NCBI GenBank assembly: GCA_965140415.1
Contig: OZ223209.1
Location: 2,272,001-2,336,000 of the forward strand
DNA: 64,000 nucleotides
DNA from: Myxococcota bacterium
GTDB taxonomy: Bacteria; Myxococcota_A; SURF-8
Reading direction: 5' to 3'
A program made the translations under genes and the position numbers. This document shows, one piece after another, positions 40,354-49,516 of the stretch. How positions within the stretch are numbered: position 1 is the stretch's first letter; the number at the start of each line of letters is the position of its first letter. Below the pieces are notes generated by a model. That model searched no databases and had not been told where the DNA came from. It was given only the letters and a program-made list of their open reading frames with translations.

Positions 40354-41581
40354 GGCTAGCTTGACCCATCGCATGATGATCTGGTTCGGCATTGGACTGG
40401 GCTTATTGACCCTGGTCGTGTTTTTCGTCTACCTCACAAAAGATTATGCCGGAACTTCGCTGTCCTACGTGAGGTGGATGCTGTTGTTGATGATGGGTGG
40501 ATATCTCGGTGCGATGAGGATCGCTATCGGCGCGCCCAGGCACCAGAGAATGCCATTGTCCGGATGGTTTTCCTTTGCATTTATTGTGTGGATGTTCGTC
40601 AGCGGCTCTCTTAGCGAGCGACCTCTGGTTGCATATGAGAAGGCGGGAGCGTTTCTAATCACTTGGGGGGCAACGTACCTTATGTTGCGCCGGGTGTTCG
40701 TTGGAGAAAAGATACAAAAAGCGATTTCTATTTTGCTGGTGATCAGCGTTTTCATATTTTTGAATCTGTTCTTTACAATGGATCTGTTCCAAACTCAAAT
40801 CGGTACCAGGCGTGTGGTTGGCGATCTGAATACGCCGAATCTGGCGGCGATCAGCGCCATGGTGCTGGTGTTTTTCACGGTTGTGCAGATCGCATTCCGA
40901 TTGCGGAAAAAATCGATAAATCTCTTTTCATATCTGACAGCGGGGGCCCTATTGCTGTTGTCGTTGGTAACGATTGTAGGTGCCGGAACGCGCTCCGTAT
41001 TTTTGGGAGTTGGTGCTGGATTTGTGGCCGAGCGTTTCTCTAAAGGCTTTTTACGAACGACGATTTTGATCATTCTGGCAACGCCTGTTCTCATGTATTT
41101 CGGCGGAGATGCATTAGAATGGTACCGATCCCAACAAACTTTCCAGCGCGAAGAAATTTCCACCGGGCGTATTGATTTGTACAAGCAGCAAATCGACATT
41201 CTGGGCAATCATCTGTTCTTTGGAACCGGTGTTGGCGTGCCGGTGCTGCATGAGGGAATCATTCGCGATGTTCGGGCGGGAAGCCACAACTCGTATCTGG
41301 GGTCCACTGTTGAAACGGGTGTCTTCGGTGGTCTATTGTTCCTTGGATGGGTGGGAATGTGTATGCTGGAAGCCTACCGCTATGCCAGGAGGTCCGGTTC
41401 CGGCTGGGTGGCTGATTTCGTTTTGCTTTATGTTGTGGGGTTTGCCGCCGTTGCAACGGTTGAATTGATTTTGTTTACGGTCGGCAATCCATTGATGGTC
41501 GCTTTTTATGCACTGGTTGCGACCATTCCAAGTACTCCGCGGGGAACCAGTGAGCCATCATCGCTGTCGGATCCGTCTTGA
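40346..41581 (+). CDS. Wzy polymerase / O-antigen ligase family
   Basis: Multi-TM; PNLAA, GTRS, STGR, GTGVG, SHNSYL..ETG. Confidence 0.82.
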   Translation: MSKASLTHRMMIWFGIGLGLLTLVVFFVYLTKDYAGTSLSYVRWMLLLMMGGYLGAMRIAIGAPRHQRMPLSGWFSFAFIVWMFVSGSLSERPLVAYEKAGAFLITWGATYLMLRRVFVGEKIQKAISILLVISVFIFLNLFFTMDLFQTQIGTRRVVGDLNTPNLAAISAMVLVFFTVVQIAFRLRKKSINLFSYLTAGALLLLSLVTIVGAGTRSVFLGVGAGFVAERFSKGFLRTTILIILATPVLMYFGGDALEWYRSQQTFQREEISTGRIDLYKQQIDILGNHLFFGTGVGVPVLHEGIIRDVRAGSHNSYLGSTVETGVFGGLLFLGWVGMCMLEAYRYARRSGSGWVADFVLLYVVGFAAVATVELILFTVGNPLMVAFYALVATIPSTPRGTSEPSSLSDPS

Positions 41582-41595
41582 AAGGAGAACGCCCT

Positions 41596-42819
41596 ATGCG
41601 TATCGCTCATTTCATTGCCAGTTACAAGCCAGCCTGGGTTTACGGTGGGACGGTGTCTTCGATGGCGATGTTGTGCGAAGGATTGGCCGAGCAGGATGTG
41701 GACATTCACGTCATCACGACCAATGCCAACGGCGCAACGGAGTTGGATGTTCCTACCGATCGTTTTGTTGATGTCGATGGGGTTTCGACCCGATACTTTC
41801 CACGCACGAAGGTGCCATTCGGCATCGAATCGCTGGCGCTGCGAAAGGAAATCGACGATCTGGTGCGAGAATTCGATCTGGTGCATATCTCCTCGGTCTG
41901 GCACACCTTGGGAACCAGTGTCGCCAAGGCGGCTTTTAAAGCCGGAGTTCCTTATATCAACACCACCCACGGCAGCTTCAACCGCTGGATGTGGAACGAT
42001 TATTACAGCGCCCGGCATCGCCTGTTCTGGCATCTGCTGCTGAAAAAAACCTACAAGCGAGCGAGCGCGATTCACTTTACTTGCGATATGGAAGTGGAGG
42101 ATTTCGACTCGTTGAATTTAGGTATACAGAACCAGGCGTTTATCGTACCCAATGGGTTACGGACGCGCGATTTCGCCTATGACGAAAACAAGGCCGCCCA
42201 GTTCCGTCGGGAACTTGGCCTGGATGAGAAGACGAAAGTGCTGCTCTTCTTCGGACGTCTGCACCCGAAAAAGGGCATCGATGTGTTCCTGAAAGCCGCC
42301 AAGGATGAATTGATCAAACATAAAGATTGGCTCTTTTTGGTGATCGGTCCCGATCAGCGAGGCTATCGCGACGAACTTCAACGATTGACAGAAGAGTTGG
42401 GTTGCGCAGAGCGGGTGCGTTTCGTGCCGATTCTGGAAGGTGACCTGCGCGTGGGGGCATACAGTGCGGCGGATATTTTTGTATTGACCAGCCATAACGA
42501 GAATTTCGGTATGACGGTCATCGAGGCCATGTCTGCCGGGTTGCCGGTGTTGATTTCCGATCAAGTGGGCGTTTCCAGAGAAATCGCCAGGGATGGGGCA
42601 GGGCAAGTCGTTAAGATGACGGATGAAAGTATCCGCGAAGGGCTGCAAAGCCTGATGGGATCGAAACGGAAAAGGGATCAACTGAGCAGCAAGGGGCTGG
42701 CCTGCGCCGTCAATCGCTACGATCTGGAAGTCATCGCCCGGCAGATGGCGGAAACGTACCGGGCGCTGCTGGGGCAGACCGAAGAGGCGGTCCATTGGCT
42801 TTATACTCGTAGAGGTTGA
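41596..42819 (+). CDS. GT4 glycosyltransferase
   Basis: YGG, HG, VPNG, GRLHPKKG, ENFGMTVIEAM. Confidence 0.92.
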   Translation: MRIAHFIASYKPAWVYGGTVSSMAMLCEGLAEQDVDIHVITTNANGATELDVPTDRFVDVDGVSTRYFPRTKVPFGIESLALRKEIDDLVREFDLVHISSVWHTLGTSVAKAAFKAGVPYINTTHGSFNRWMWNDYYSARHRLFWHLLLKKTYKRASAIHFTCDMEVEDFDSLNLGIQNQAFIVPNGLRTRDFAYDENKAAQFRRELGLDEKTKVLLFFGRLHPKKGIDVFLKAAKDELIKHKDWLFLVIGPDQRGYRDELQRLTEELGCAERVRFVPILEGDLRVGAYSAADIFVLTSHNENFGMTVIEAMSAGLPVLISDQVGVSREIARDGAGQVVKMTDESIREGLQSLMGSKRKRDQLSSKGLACAVNRYDLEVIARQMAETYRALLGQTEEAVHWLYTRRG

Positions 42820-43177
42820 ATGACGTTTTGCCGGATTGCCGAAAAAACAATGATCGATTTGGATGAAAATCGCTACTGATGCAAAGGGTTGGACCGGTTG
42901 GAATTTTTCTGTAAAGCCAGTCTTGAAATGTTGGCAACATATGAATTTAACAACTGAAAATCAAGTATTCGTTGCGTAGCGGGATAAGCTGTGGTATGTA
43001 GCAGCGGCGCGGATTGTAGTAACTGTCGGGGGGATATCGATAATAAGCAGAGTTGGGTGTGAGTTGATCTGTACACCCCCTCGTTATTTGATGTAAAACC
43101 GCCAAACGGATGTGTTTTGGCGGAAGAAAACACCGTAAACCAGGAATTTGCTTACCAATAGAGAAAGAGAAGGTCTT

Positions 43178-45382
43178 ATGCCTCGTATCATCATACAGAA
43201 CTGGAGAACTGGCGATATTGAAATGGTGGAAGCGCCGCGTCCGGCCCTGCGTCCCGTGGGAGCACTGATTCAGACGTCGCATTCCATTATCAGTCCCGGT
43301 ACCGAGCGGATGATGACGGAGACGGCCAAGAAGAGCTTGGTCGGCAAGGCGCTTTCCCGCCCCGATCTGGTGCGGCAGTTTCTCAATAAAGCCAAGGCGG
43401 AAGGATTCCTGGAAGCCTACAATCTGGCCAACCAGCGTTTGGATACGCCGGTGCCTTTGGGGTACAGTGCCGCCGGTCGCATTTTGGAAGTCGGACCGCA
43501 GGTGGTCGGTTTCGAAGTCGGCGATCGCATCGCAGGAACCGGTGCGGAATTCGCCAGTCATGCCGAGATCAATTATATTCCCAATACCTTGATGGCCAAA
43601 ATCCCGGATAACGTCGCCGACGAAGAGGCGGCTTTCGCCGGAATGGGAGCCATTGCCCTGCACGCCGTGCGTAACGCCAATGTGACGCTGGGCGAAAGTG
43701 TGGCAGTGGTCGGTTTGGGCGTTTTGGGCTTGATGGCGGTGCAGATGCTGCGCTCCAGCGGGGCGCGCGTGATCGCGATGGATCTGGACCCGGTCAAAGT
43801 GGAGATGGCCAAGAAATTTGGCGCGGAAGTCGCGGTGATCAGCGGTGATGTGGGCGCGGAAGACGCCGTGCGCGATGCCACCCAGGGACGCGGCGCCGAT
43901 GTGGTGCTGGTTTTTGCCGCTACGGATAAGAAAGCGGTAACGGACCTGATTCTGGAGATCGCTGCGGACCGTGCCCGTTTGGTGATTCCGGGCGTGATTC
44001 CACTGGATCTGCCGCGCAAGATTCTATACGAAAAAGAGCTGTCGCTGGTCGTTTCACGCTCGGGTGGGCCGGGACTGTACGACGAACTGTACGAAGCGGG
44101 CTTGCGCGATTATCCGATCAACCAGATTCGCTGGACTGCCGGTCGCAACATGGAAGCCTTCCTGCATTTGATTTCTACCGGGGCGCTGGATCTGAAACCC
44201 TTGTTGACTCATCACATCGATTACAACAAGGCTCTGGAATTCTACGATGACCTGCAAAATGGTCGCCTGACCGGTTTGACGCTCGGTGTCGTGCTGCAAT
44301 ACCCGACAGAAGCGGAAAATGCCAAGGTCGAAAAGGTGGAGATGCCTGTGGTCTCCAGTCCGGGCGTGGAAGGAAAAGTCGGCGTCGGCGTGATCGGTGC
44401 CGGTCTCTTTACGCGTTCGATCATGATGCCGAGTTTAAGTAAACTGAAACTGTTCAAAGGTGTCGGTGTAGCGGCTTTGGAGAGTTTTTACAGTTTCCAT
44501 CTCGGACGAAAATTCGGTTTCCAGTACGCCAGCAGCGACTATCACCATCTGTTGGAAGATGACAGCATTCACGCTATCATGATCACCACCCGTCACAACA
44601 TCCATGGTCGTTTGGTGGTGGAAGCGTTGAAGGCGGGCAAGCATGTTTATGTCGAAAAACCCCTGGCGCTTAGTGCCGAGGATCTTTTCGCAATCGAAGA
44701 GACCTTGAAGGAGCATCCCAACCAGTTGTTGATGGTCGGATTCAACCGTCGTTTCGCTCCGCTGACGGAATTCGTTTCGGAGCGGCTGAAATATGTTTCC
44801 GAGCCACGCGCGGTCATGATTCGCTGTAATGCAGGTTACGCACCACGTGACAGTTGGGTACATGGTCCCAGCGGCGGTGGTCGTCTGATGGGCGAGGCCT
44901 GCCATTTCTTCGATCTGATTTCCTATTTCAGCGATTCGGTGCCGGTGCGTGTGAGTGCCGAGTCGATGAAGAGCGATGCCTACATGAAGAGCGACAATGT
45001 CGCCATTAACATCCAGTTGGAAAACGGATCGATCGGCCAGATTCTGTACGTAGCCAACGGTCCCAAGAGCTATTCTCGCGAGCGTGTGGAAGTGTATGCC
45101 GGTGGTTGTGTCGGCGAAATCGACAGCTTCCGCAAGGCCAAAGTGGTCGCTAAAGAGAAAAGCGACTCCAAGCAGTCTATTTCTACGGATCTGGGCTACA
45201 ACCGTGAACTGGAGTTGTTCCTAAAAGCGGTGGCAGAGGGCGGCTCCGCTCCGATTTCGGTGGAAAGTCTGTTGGCCACGAGTTGGGCAACATTGGCGGC
45301 TGAAGCGGCCATCGATGAGCATAAAGCGTATGAACTCGATGAATTTATTGAAATAAAACGCAAAGAGCTTGAGTCGAAATAG
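43178..45382 (+). CDS. Bi-domain oxidoreductase (MDR/Zn-ADH-like plus Gfo/Idh/MocA) of polysaccharide loci
   Basis: ISPGTE, PLGYS, GLGVLG, RWTAGRN; GAG, EKP, GFNRRF, GEACHFFD. Confidence 0.9.
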   Translation: MPRIIIQNWRTGDIEMVEAPRPALRPVGALIQTSHSIISPGTERMMTETAKKSLVGKALSRPDLVRQFLNKAKAEGFLEAYNLANQRLDTPVPLGYSAAGRILEVGPQVVGFEVGDRIAGTGAEFASHAEINYIPNTLMAKIPDNVADEEAAFAGMGAIALHAVRNANVTLGESVAVVGLGVLGLMAVQMLRSSGARVIAMDLDPVKVEMAKKFGAEVAVISGDVGAEDAVRDATQGRGADVVLVFAATDKKAVTDLILEIAADRARLVIPGVIPLDLPRKILYEKELSLVVSRSGGPGLYDELYEAGLRDYPINQIRWTAGRNMEAFLHLISTGALDLKPLLTHHIDYNKALEFYDDLQNGRLTGLTLGVVLQYPTEAENAKVEKVEMPVVSSPGVEGKVGVGVIGAGLFTRSIMMPSLSKLKLFKGVGVAALESFYSFHLGRKFGFQYASSDYHHLLEDDSIHAIMITTRHNIHGRLVVEALKAGKHVYVEKPLALSAEDLFAIEETLKEHPNQLLMVGFNRRFAPLTEFVSERLKYVSEPRAVMIRCNAGYAPRDSWVHGPSGGGRLMGEACHFFDLISYFSDSVPVRVSAESMKSDAYMKSDNVAINIQLENGSIGQILYVANGPKSYSRERVEVYAGGCVGEIDSFRKAKVVAKEKSDSKQSISTDLGYNRELELFLKAVAEGGSAPISVESLLATSWATLAAEAAIDEHKAYELDEFIEIKRKELESK

Positions 45383-45493
45383 GAGAAGCAACGGCCCGCG
45401 AACCTGGATCGATTCAAAAGAATTTGAGCGCTTCGGCATTCGCAGACCACTACTCTATTGTGTGTGAATGCGGCTCGTTACGGAGGACAGGAC

Positions 45494-46543
45494 ATGAGCG
45501 ACTACAAAGAGTACTACAAGGGAAAGACCATTCTGATTACCGGCGGGGCTGGAGCGATCGGGACGAATCTGGTGCGCGAGTTGAGCGATCTGGAAGCCCA
45601 GATGATCATCATTCTGGATGATATGTCAGCAGGCTATGAGTGGAACATCCCGGACCGTCCCAACGTGCTTTTCGTCAAGGGCGATATCTGCGATGAAACC
45701 GCACTGAAGCGAGTATTCCAGGAAAAAGTGGATGTGGTTTATCACCTCGCCGCGTTTTTCGCCAACCAGAATTCGGTGGATTATCCCGAGCGCGACCTGA
45801 TGACCAATGGTTTCGGTACCTTGCGTATTCTGGAATATGCCAATCTGTCCAACGTGGAGCGCGTGGTTTATGCCAGCAGCGGTTGCAGCATTTACGGTTC
45901 CGCCGCGCCATTGCCGCTAAAAGAAGACTTCGTGTCCATGCACCTGACGACTCCTTATCAGATCACCAAGATGCTTGGTGAACTGTACAGCAACTTCTTT
46001 TTGCATCATCACGGCTTGAATGTCGTGAAGGCGCGTTTCTTCAACTCCTATGGTCCGGGTGAAGTGCCTGGACAGTATCGCAACGTCATCCCGAATTTCA
46101 TTTACTGGGCCATGCAGGGAAAAGCTCTGCCGATCACTGGTGACGGCCTGGCCACACGCGATTTCACTTATGTTGGCGATCTGGTAGATGGTTTGCTGCG
46201 GGCCGGTTATTACAAGGAAGCCATCGGGCAGGAAATGAATCTGGCCAGCGGTCGCGAAATTCAGATTGTCGACCTGGCCAATATGATTAACGAACTTGTG
46301 GGGAATCCTGGTGGTATGGAATTCCATGGCCGCCGCAAATGGGATACCAAACTTCGTTTGCTGGCCAGTGTGGAACGAGCCAAGAGTCTGGTTGGATACG
46401 TCCCGGATATGAAGTTTGAAGAAGGCTTGAAAAATACGGTGGATTGGTTCAAAGCGAACTGGGATGATATCGACCGCGATGCCGAGTTCCCTCCGGGAAT
46501 GAATTCTGCGGTGCGCAAGAAAGCGGATAAAATTCCGGGCTAG
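45494..46543 (+). CDS. NAD-dependent epimerase/dehydratase
   Basis: TGGAGAIG, YQITK, RFFNSYGP, RDFTYV. Confidence 0.92.
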   Translation: MSDYKEYYKGKTILITGGAGAIGTNLVRELSDLEAQMIIILDDMSAGYEWNIPDRPNVLFVKGDICDETALKRVFQEKVDVVYHLAAFFANQNSVDYPERDLMTNGFGTLRILEYANLSNVERVVYASSGCSIYGSAAPLPLKEDFVSMHLTTPYQITKMLGELYSNFFLHHHGLNVVKARFFNSYGPGEVPGQYRNVIPNFIYWAMQGKALPITGDGLATRDFTYVGDLVDGLLRAGYYKEAIGQEMNLASGREIQIVDLANMINELVGNPGGMEFHGRRKWDTKLRLLASVERAKSLVGYVPDMKFEEGLKNTVDWFKANWDDIDRDAEFPPGMNSAVRKKADKIPG

Positions 46544-46696
46544 TATTGGCGCTATTGTTTCAGAACCCGATTGACAGGTGTGGAACCTTACAGGCGACCC
46601 GATCACGATTAAAGCTAGTAGCCGGCGGTATGGTGAAGTGATCCGGTTAGGGACTTCCGGATAAGGTGGGGATCGTCACGGCGAAGGGACAGAATC

Positions 46697-48133
46697 ATGA
46701 GACAAGCACTTGGCGTTCGATTGTTTTTCGTGGCAATCGACGTGATCTGCCTGCTGGCTTCGTTTACTTTGGTGTACTATCTGCGCCAGCATGTTTTTCT
46801 TGATGTGCTTGGAGGACCGGAACGACCGACCTTCACCCCTTATCTACAAATCTTCATTGCCATTTCAGTCTTGTGGGTCATTGCCTCGTTGCAGGTGGGG
46901 TTGTTCAATATCCGTGAGATGACGTTCGAAGAAGAGGTGATCCGGATCTTTTTTGCGTTGATGTTGATTCTCATTTTCCTGATCCTGATTTTAACCCTGA
47001 TGAAAGTCAGTTACAACTACTCGCGTTTCGTCATTTTCGGTGGAATTATCGTTTCTTTCTTCACCATTATTCTGATGCGTACCTTCATGAGACGGCAACT
47101 GGATAAGATCGAAGTATCCAAGCGCAACGTGTTGCTGATATGTGGAAGCCCCGAAATGCCGGATATGGTGCAACGTCATCTGGCGCTATTTCGGTCGTCG
47201 CACAATCTGACCGGTGTGGTGTTGCCTGAGCGATGTGTAGTCGAAGGTGAAACGGTAACCATCGGGGAACTGAATTTGCGGGTTCTCGGTAATTTCGATG
47301 ACTTGGACCGCGTGGTGCACGAGTACAACATTCAGCAGGTAAACATCGGTTTGTACAACATGAAACGGGAAGAGAGCGAAACGGTTGCTGCGGCTGTTGA
47401 AGGGCTGGTGCCTTACATCACCATTCTTCCCGATCCTGAAGATATTCTGGTTGCTAATGCCGAAGTCACGGTGCAAGCCGGGGCGGTGAACCTGATGATT
47501 CGACAGAATCTGGTCAATCCGATGTACCGCATGGCCAAGCGACAGTTCGACATCTTTTTCGCAATGGCGGTCTTGTTTTTCCTTTCGCCGGTCTATTTGT
47601 TGATCGCAATATTGATCAAGCTGGATGCGCCGGGACCGATCTTTTTCGTGCAGCGTCGCATGGGGCAGGGCAGGGTACCATTTGGTTGCATCAAGTTTCG
47701 GACGATGGCCGTGGATGCCGAGGAACGCCTGCAACGCATGCTGGATGAAGATCCGGAAGCGAGGGCGGAATTTGAGAAGGATTTCAAGCTAAAGAACGAT
47801 CCCCGCGTCACTCGCATGGGTAACTGGCTGCGCAAAACGTCGCTGGATGAATTGCCGCAGTTTATCAACGTGTTACAGGGCACGATGAGTGTGGTAGGGC
47901 CGCGCCCGATCGTGGAAAAAGAAATTGAAAAATACAAGCGATGGGATAATCTGTTGTTTCGAGCTAAACCGGGGGTCACCGGATTGTGGCAGGTATCCGG
48001 TCGCAATGATGTGACCTATGAGGAACGGGTGATGTTCGATCGGTATTACATCAAGAACTGGTCGTTCCGGCTCGATGCGATGATTATCGTTAAAACGATT
48101 TTTACGGTTTTGTACAAGAGAGGGGCGTACTGA
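46697..48133 (+). CDS. Undecaprenyl-phosphate sugar phosphotransferase (WbaP-like)
   Basis: KRQFD, KFRTM, FKLKNDPR, SLDELPQ, VGPRP, PGVTGLWQVSGR. Confidence 0.93.
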   Translation: MRQALGVRLFFVAIDVICLLASFTLVYYLRQHVFLDVLGGPERPTFTPYLQIFIAISVLWVIASLQVGLFNIREMTFEEEVIRIFFALMLILIFLILILTLMKVSYNYSRFVIFGGIIVSFFTIILMRTFMRRQLDKIEVSKRNVLLICGSPEMPDMVQRHLALFRSSHNLTGVVLPERCVVEGETVTIGELNLRVLGNFDDLDRVVHEYNIQQVNIGLYNMKREESETVAAAVEGLVPYITILPDPEDILVANAEVTVQAGAVNLMIRQNLVNPMYRMAKRQFDIFFAMAVLFFLSPVYLLIAILIKLDAPGPIFFVQRRMGQGRVPFGCIKFRTMAVDAEERLQRMLDEDPEARAEFEKDFKLKNDPRVTRMGNWLRKTSLDELPQFINVLQGTMSVVGPRPIVEKEIEKYKRWDNLLFRAKPGVTGLWQVSGRNDVTYEERVMFDRYYIKNWSFRLDAMIIVKTIFTVLYKRGAY

Positions 48134-48201
48134 TCCGGAACTGTTGCGGTTGAATTTACAGATTGTTCCGGGGATCGCCGATATTGGAAGGAAGCTGAAA
48201 T

Positions 48202-49431
48202 ATGGCGCGATATCTGTTCATTACCTACTACTACCCGCCGGAAGTCGCGGCGGCTTCTCATTTATACTATCAATTGGCTACCGAGTTGATCGAGCGCGGC
48301 CACGAAGTGATGGTCGTTACCGGTTTTCCGCGTTACAACGCTCAGCATGCCGGAAAAGAGTACGAAGGCAAGTGGTTTATGCGCGAGTTCAAAGACGGCG
48401 TACAGGTCGTGCGTGTCGCTCTGCCACAGTTTCCGCGTACCAAGCCGCTATTGCGTGGCGGTGAGGAGTTCATCAACGCGGCGTTATTGTTTCTGACGGC
48501 GTTCGTGCAGAAAAAAGCCGATGTGTCCCTGGTTTATTCACCACCACTGCCGCTGGGCTTGTCTTCCTATTTCCTCAAGGTGCTGCGCGGTGTGCGTTCG
48601 GTGGTAAACATTCAAGATCTATTTCCCAAAGAAGCCATCGACATCGGGTTGCTGAAGAATCCGATGCTGATCAAAGCCTTACAGGCAGTCGAATCGTTTA
48701 TCTACAAAGGTGTAGATCGCGTCGTCGTCCATTCCGACGGCAACCGGGACTATATCCTGGGGCGTGGCGGAAAACCGGAGCGGGTATTGACGATTCACAA
48801 CTGGATCGATCTGGAAGAAATTCATCCGGGGCCGAAGGATAACGAATTCCGCAAAGCGCATATGCCGGAAGACAAATTCTGTGTGACTTACGGTGGCACG
48901 ATGGGCTGGAATCAGGATATGGAGACCTTGATTCGTGCGATCAACGAGTTACGGGATATCGAGGATCTCTTTTTCCTGCTGGTGGGCGATGGCAACAACA
49001 AACCGCTTGGTCAGCAGATGGTCAAGGATTTGGGGCTTACCAATGTCTCTTTCCTGGATTCCGTACCGTTTGACACCTACAAGGAGTTGGTGCGCGCCTC
49101 GGATGTGGGGCTTGTCAACCTGAATCCCAAGCTGCTTTCTCCGGTAGTTCCTTCCAAGTTGCTTAACCTGATGGGCAGTGCCATTCCTGTGGCGGCGAGT
49201 TTGCCGCTTTCCGGTGATGCACCCAAGATCATCGAAGAATCCGAGTGCGGCTATGTGGTGGATGCAGGTGACTACAAAGGTTTGGCTCAGAGCGTGCATA
49301 AACTGTATCAGGATCAGCCACGGGCAATCGAAATGGGGAAAAACGGACGCCGCTATGCCGAGGAGCATTTCTCCTTGAATTCATGCTCGACACGTTTCGA
49401 AGCGCTATTCGAGGAAATTGCGGTTAAGTAG
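48202..49431 (+). CDS. GT4 glycosyltransferase (WbuB/WcaI-like)
   Basis: YYPPE, GFPRY, SPP, QDLFP, NW, PSK. Confidence 0.9.
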   Translation: MARYLFITYYYPPEVAAASHLYYQLATELIERGHEVMVVTGFPRYNAQHAGKEYEGKWFMREFKDGVQVVRVALPQFPRTKPLLRGGEEFINAALLFLTAFVQKKADVSLVYSPPLPLGLSSYFLKVLRGVRSVVNIQDLFPKEAIDIGLLKNPMLIKALQAVESFIYKGVDRVVVHSDGNRDYILGRGGKPERVLTIHNWIDLEEIHPGPKDNEFRKAHMPEDKFCVTYGGTMGWNQDMETLIRAINELRDIEDLFFLLVGDGNNKPLGQQMVKDLGLTNVSFLDSVPFDTYKELVRASDVGLVNLNPKLLSPVVPSKLLNLMGSAIPVAASLPLSGDAPKIIEESECGYVVDAGDYKGLAQSVHKLYQDQPRAIEMGKNGRRYAEEHFSLNSCSTRFEALFEEIAVK

Positions 49432-49456
49432 AAGAATTAGAAATCGTGTTTCGTAT

Positions 49457-49496
49457 ACAACCCTGTAAAGCATTGTGCTGCGCAGGGTTGTTTTTT
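49457..49496 (+). terminator. Intrinsic terminator
   Basis: ACAACCCTG / CAGGGTTGT stem followed by a T-run, between convergent genes. Confidence 0.65.
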
Positions 49497-49516
49497 GCAG
49501 TGTTCGAGTGTGGCTG

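Noticed and set aside
46624..46631. ops/JUMPstart-like GGCGGTAT before the WbaP-like gene
   Set aside because: Mismatch to GGCGGTAG, and short enough to occur by chance.
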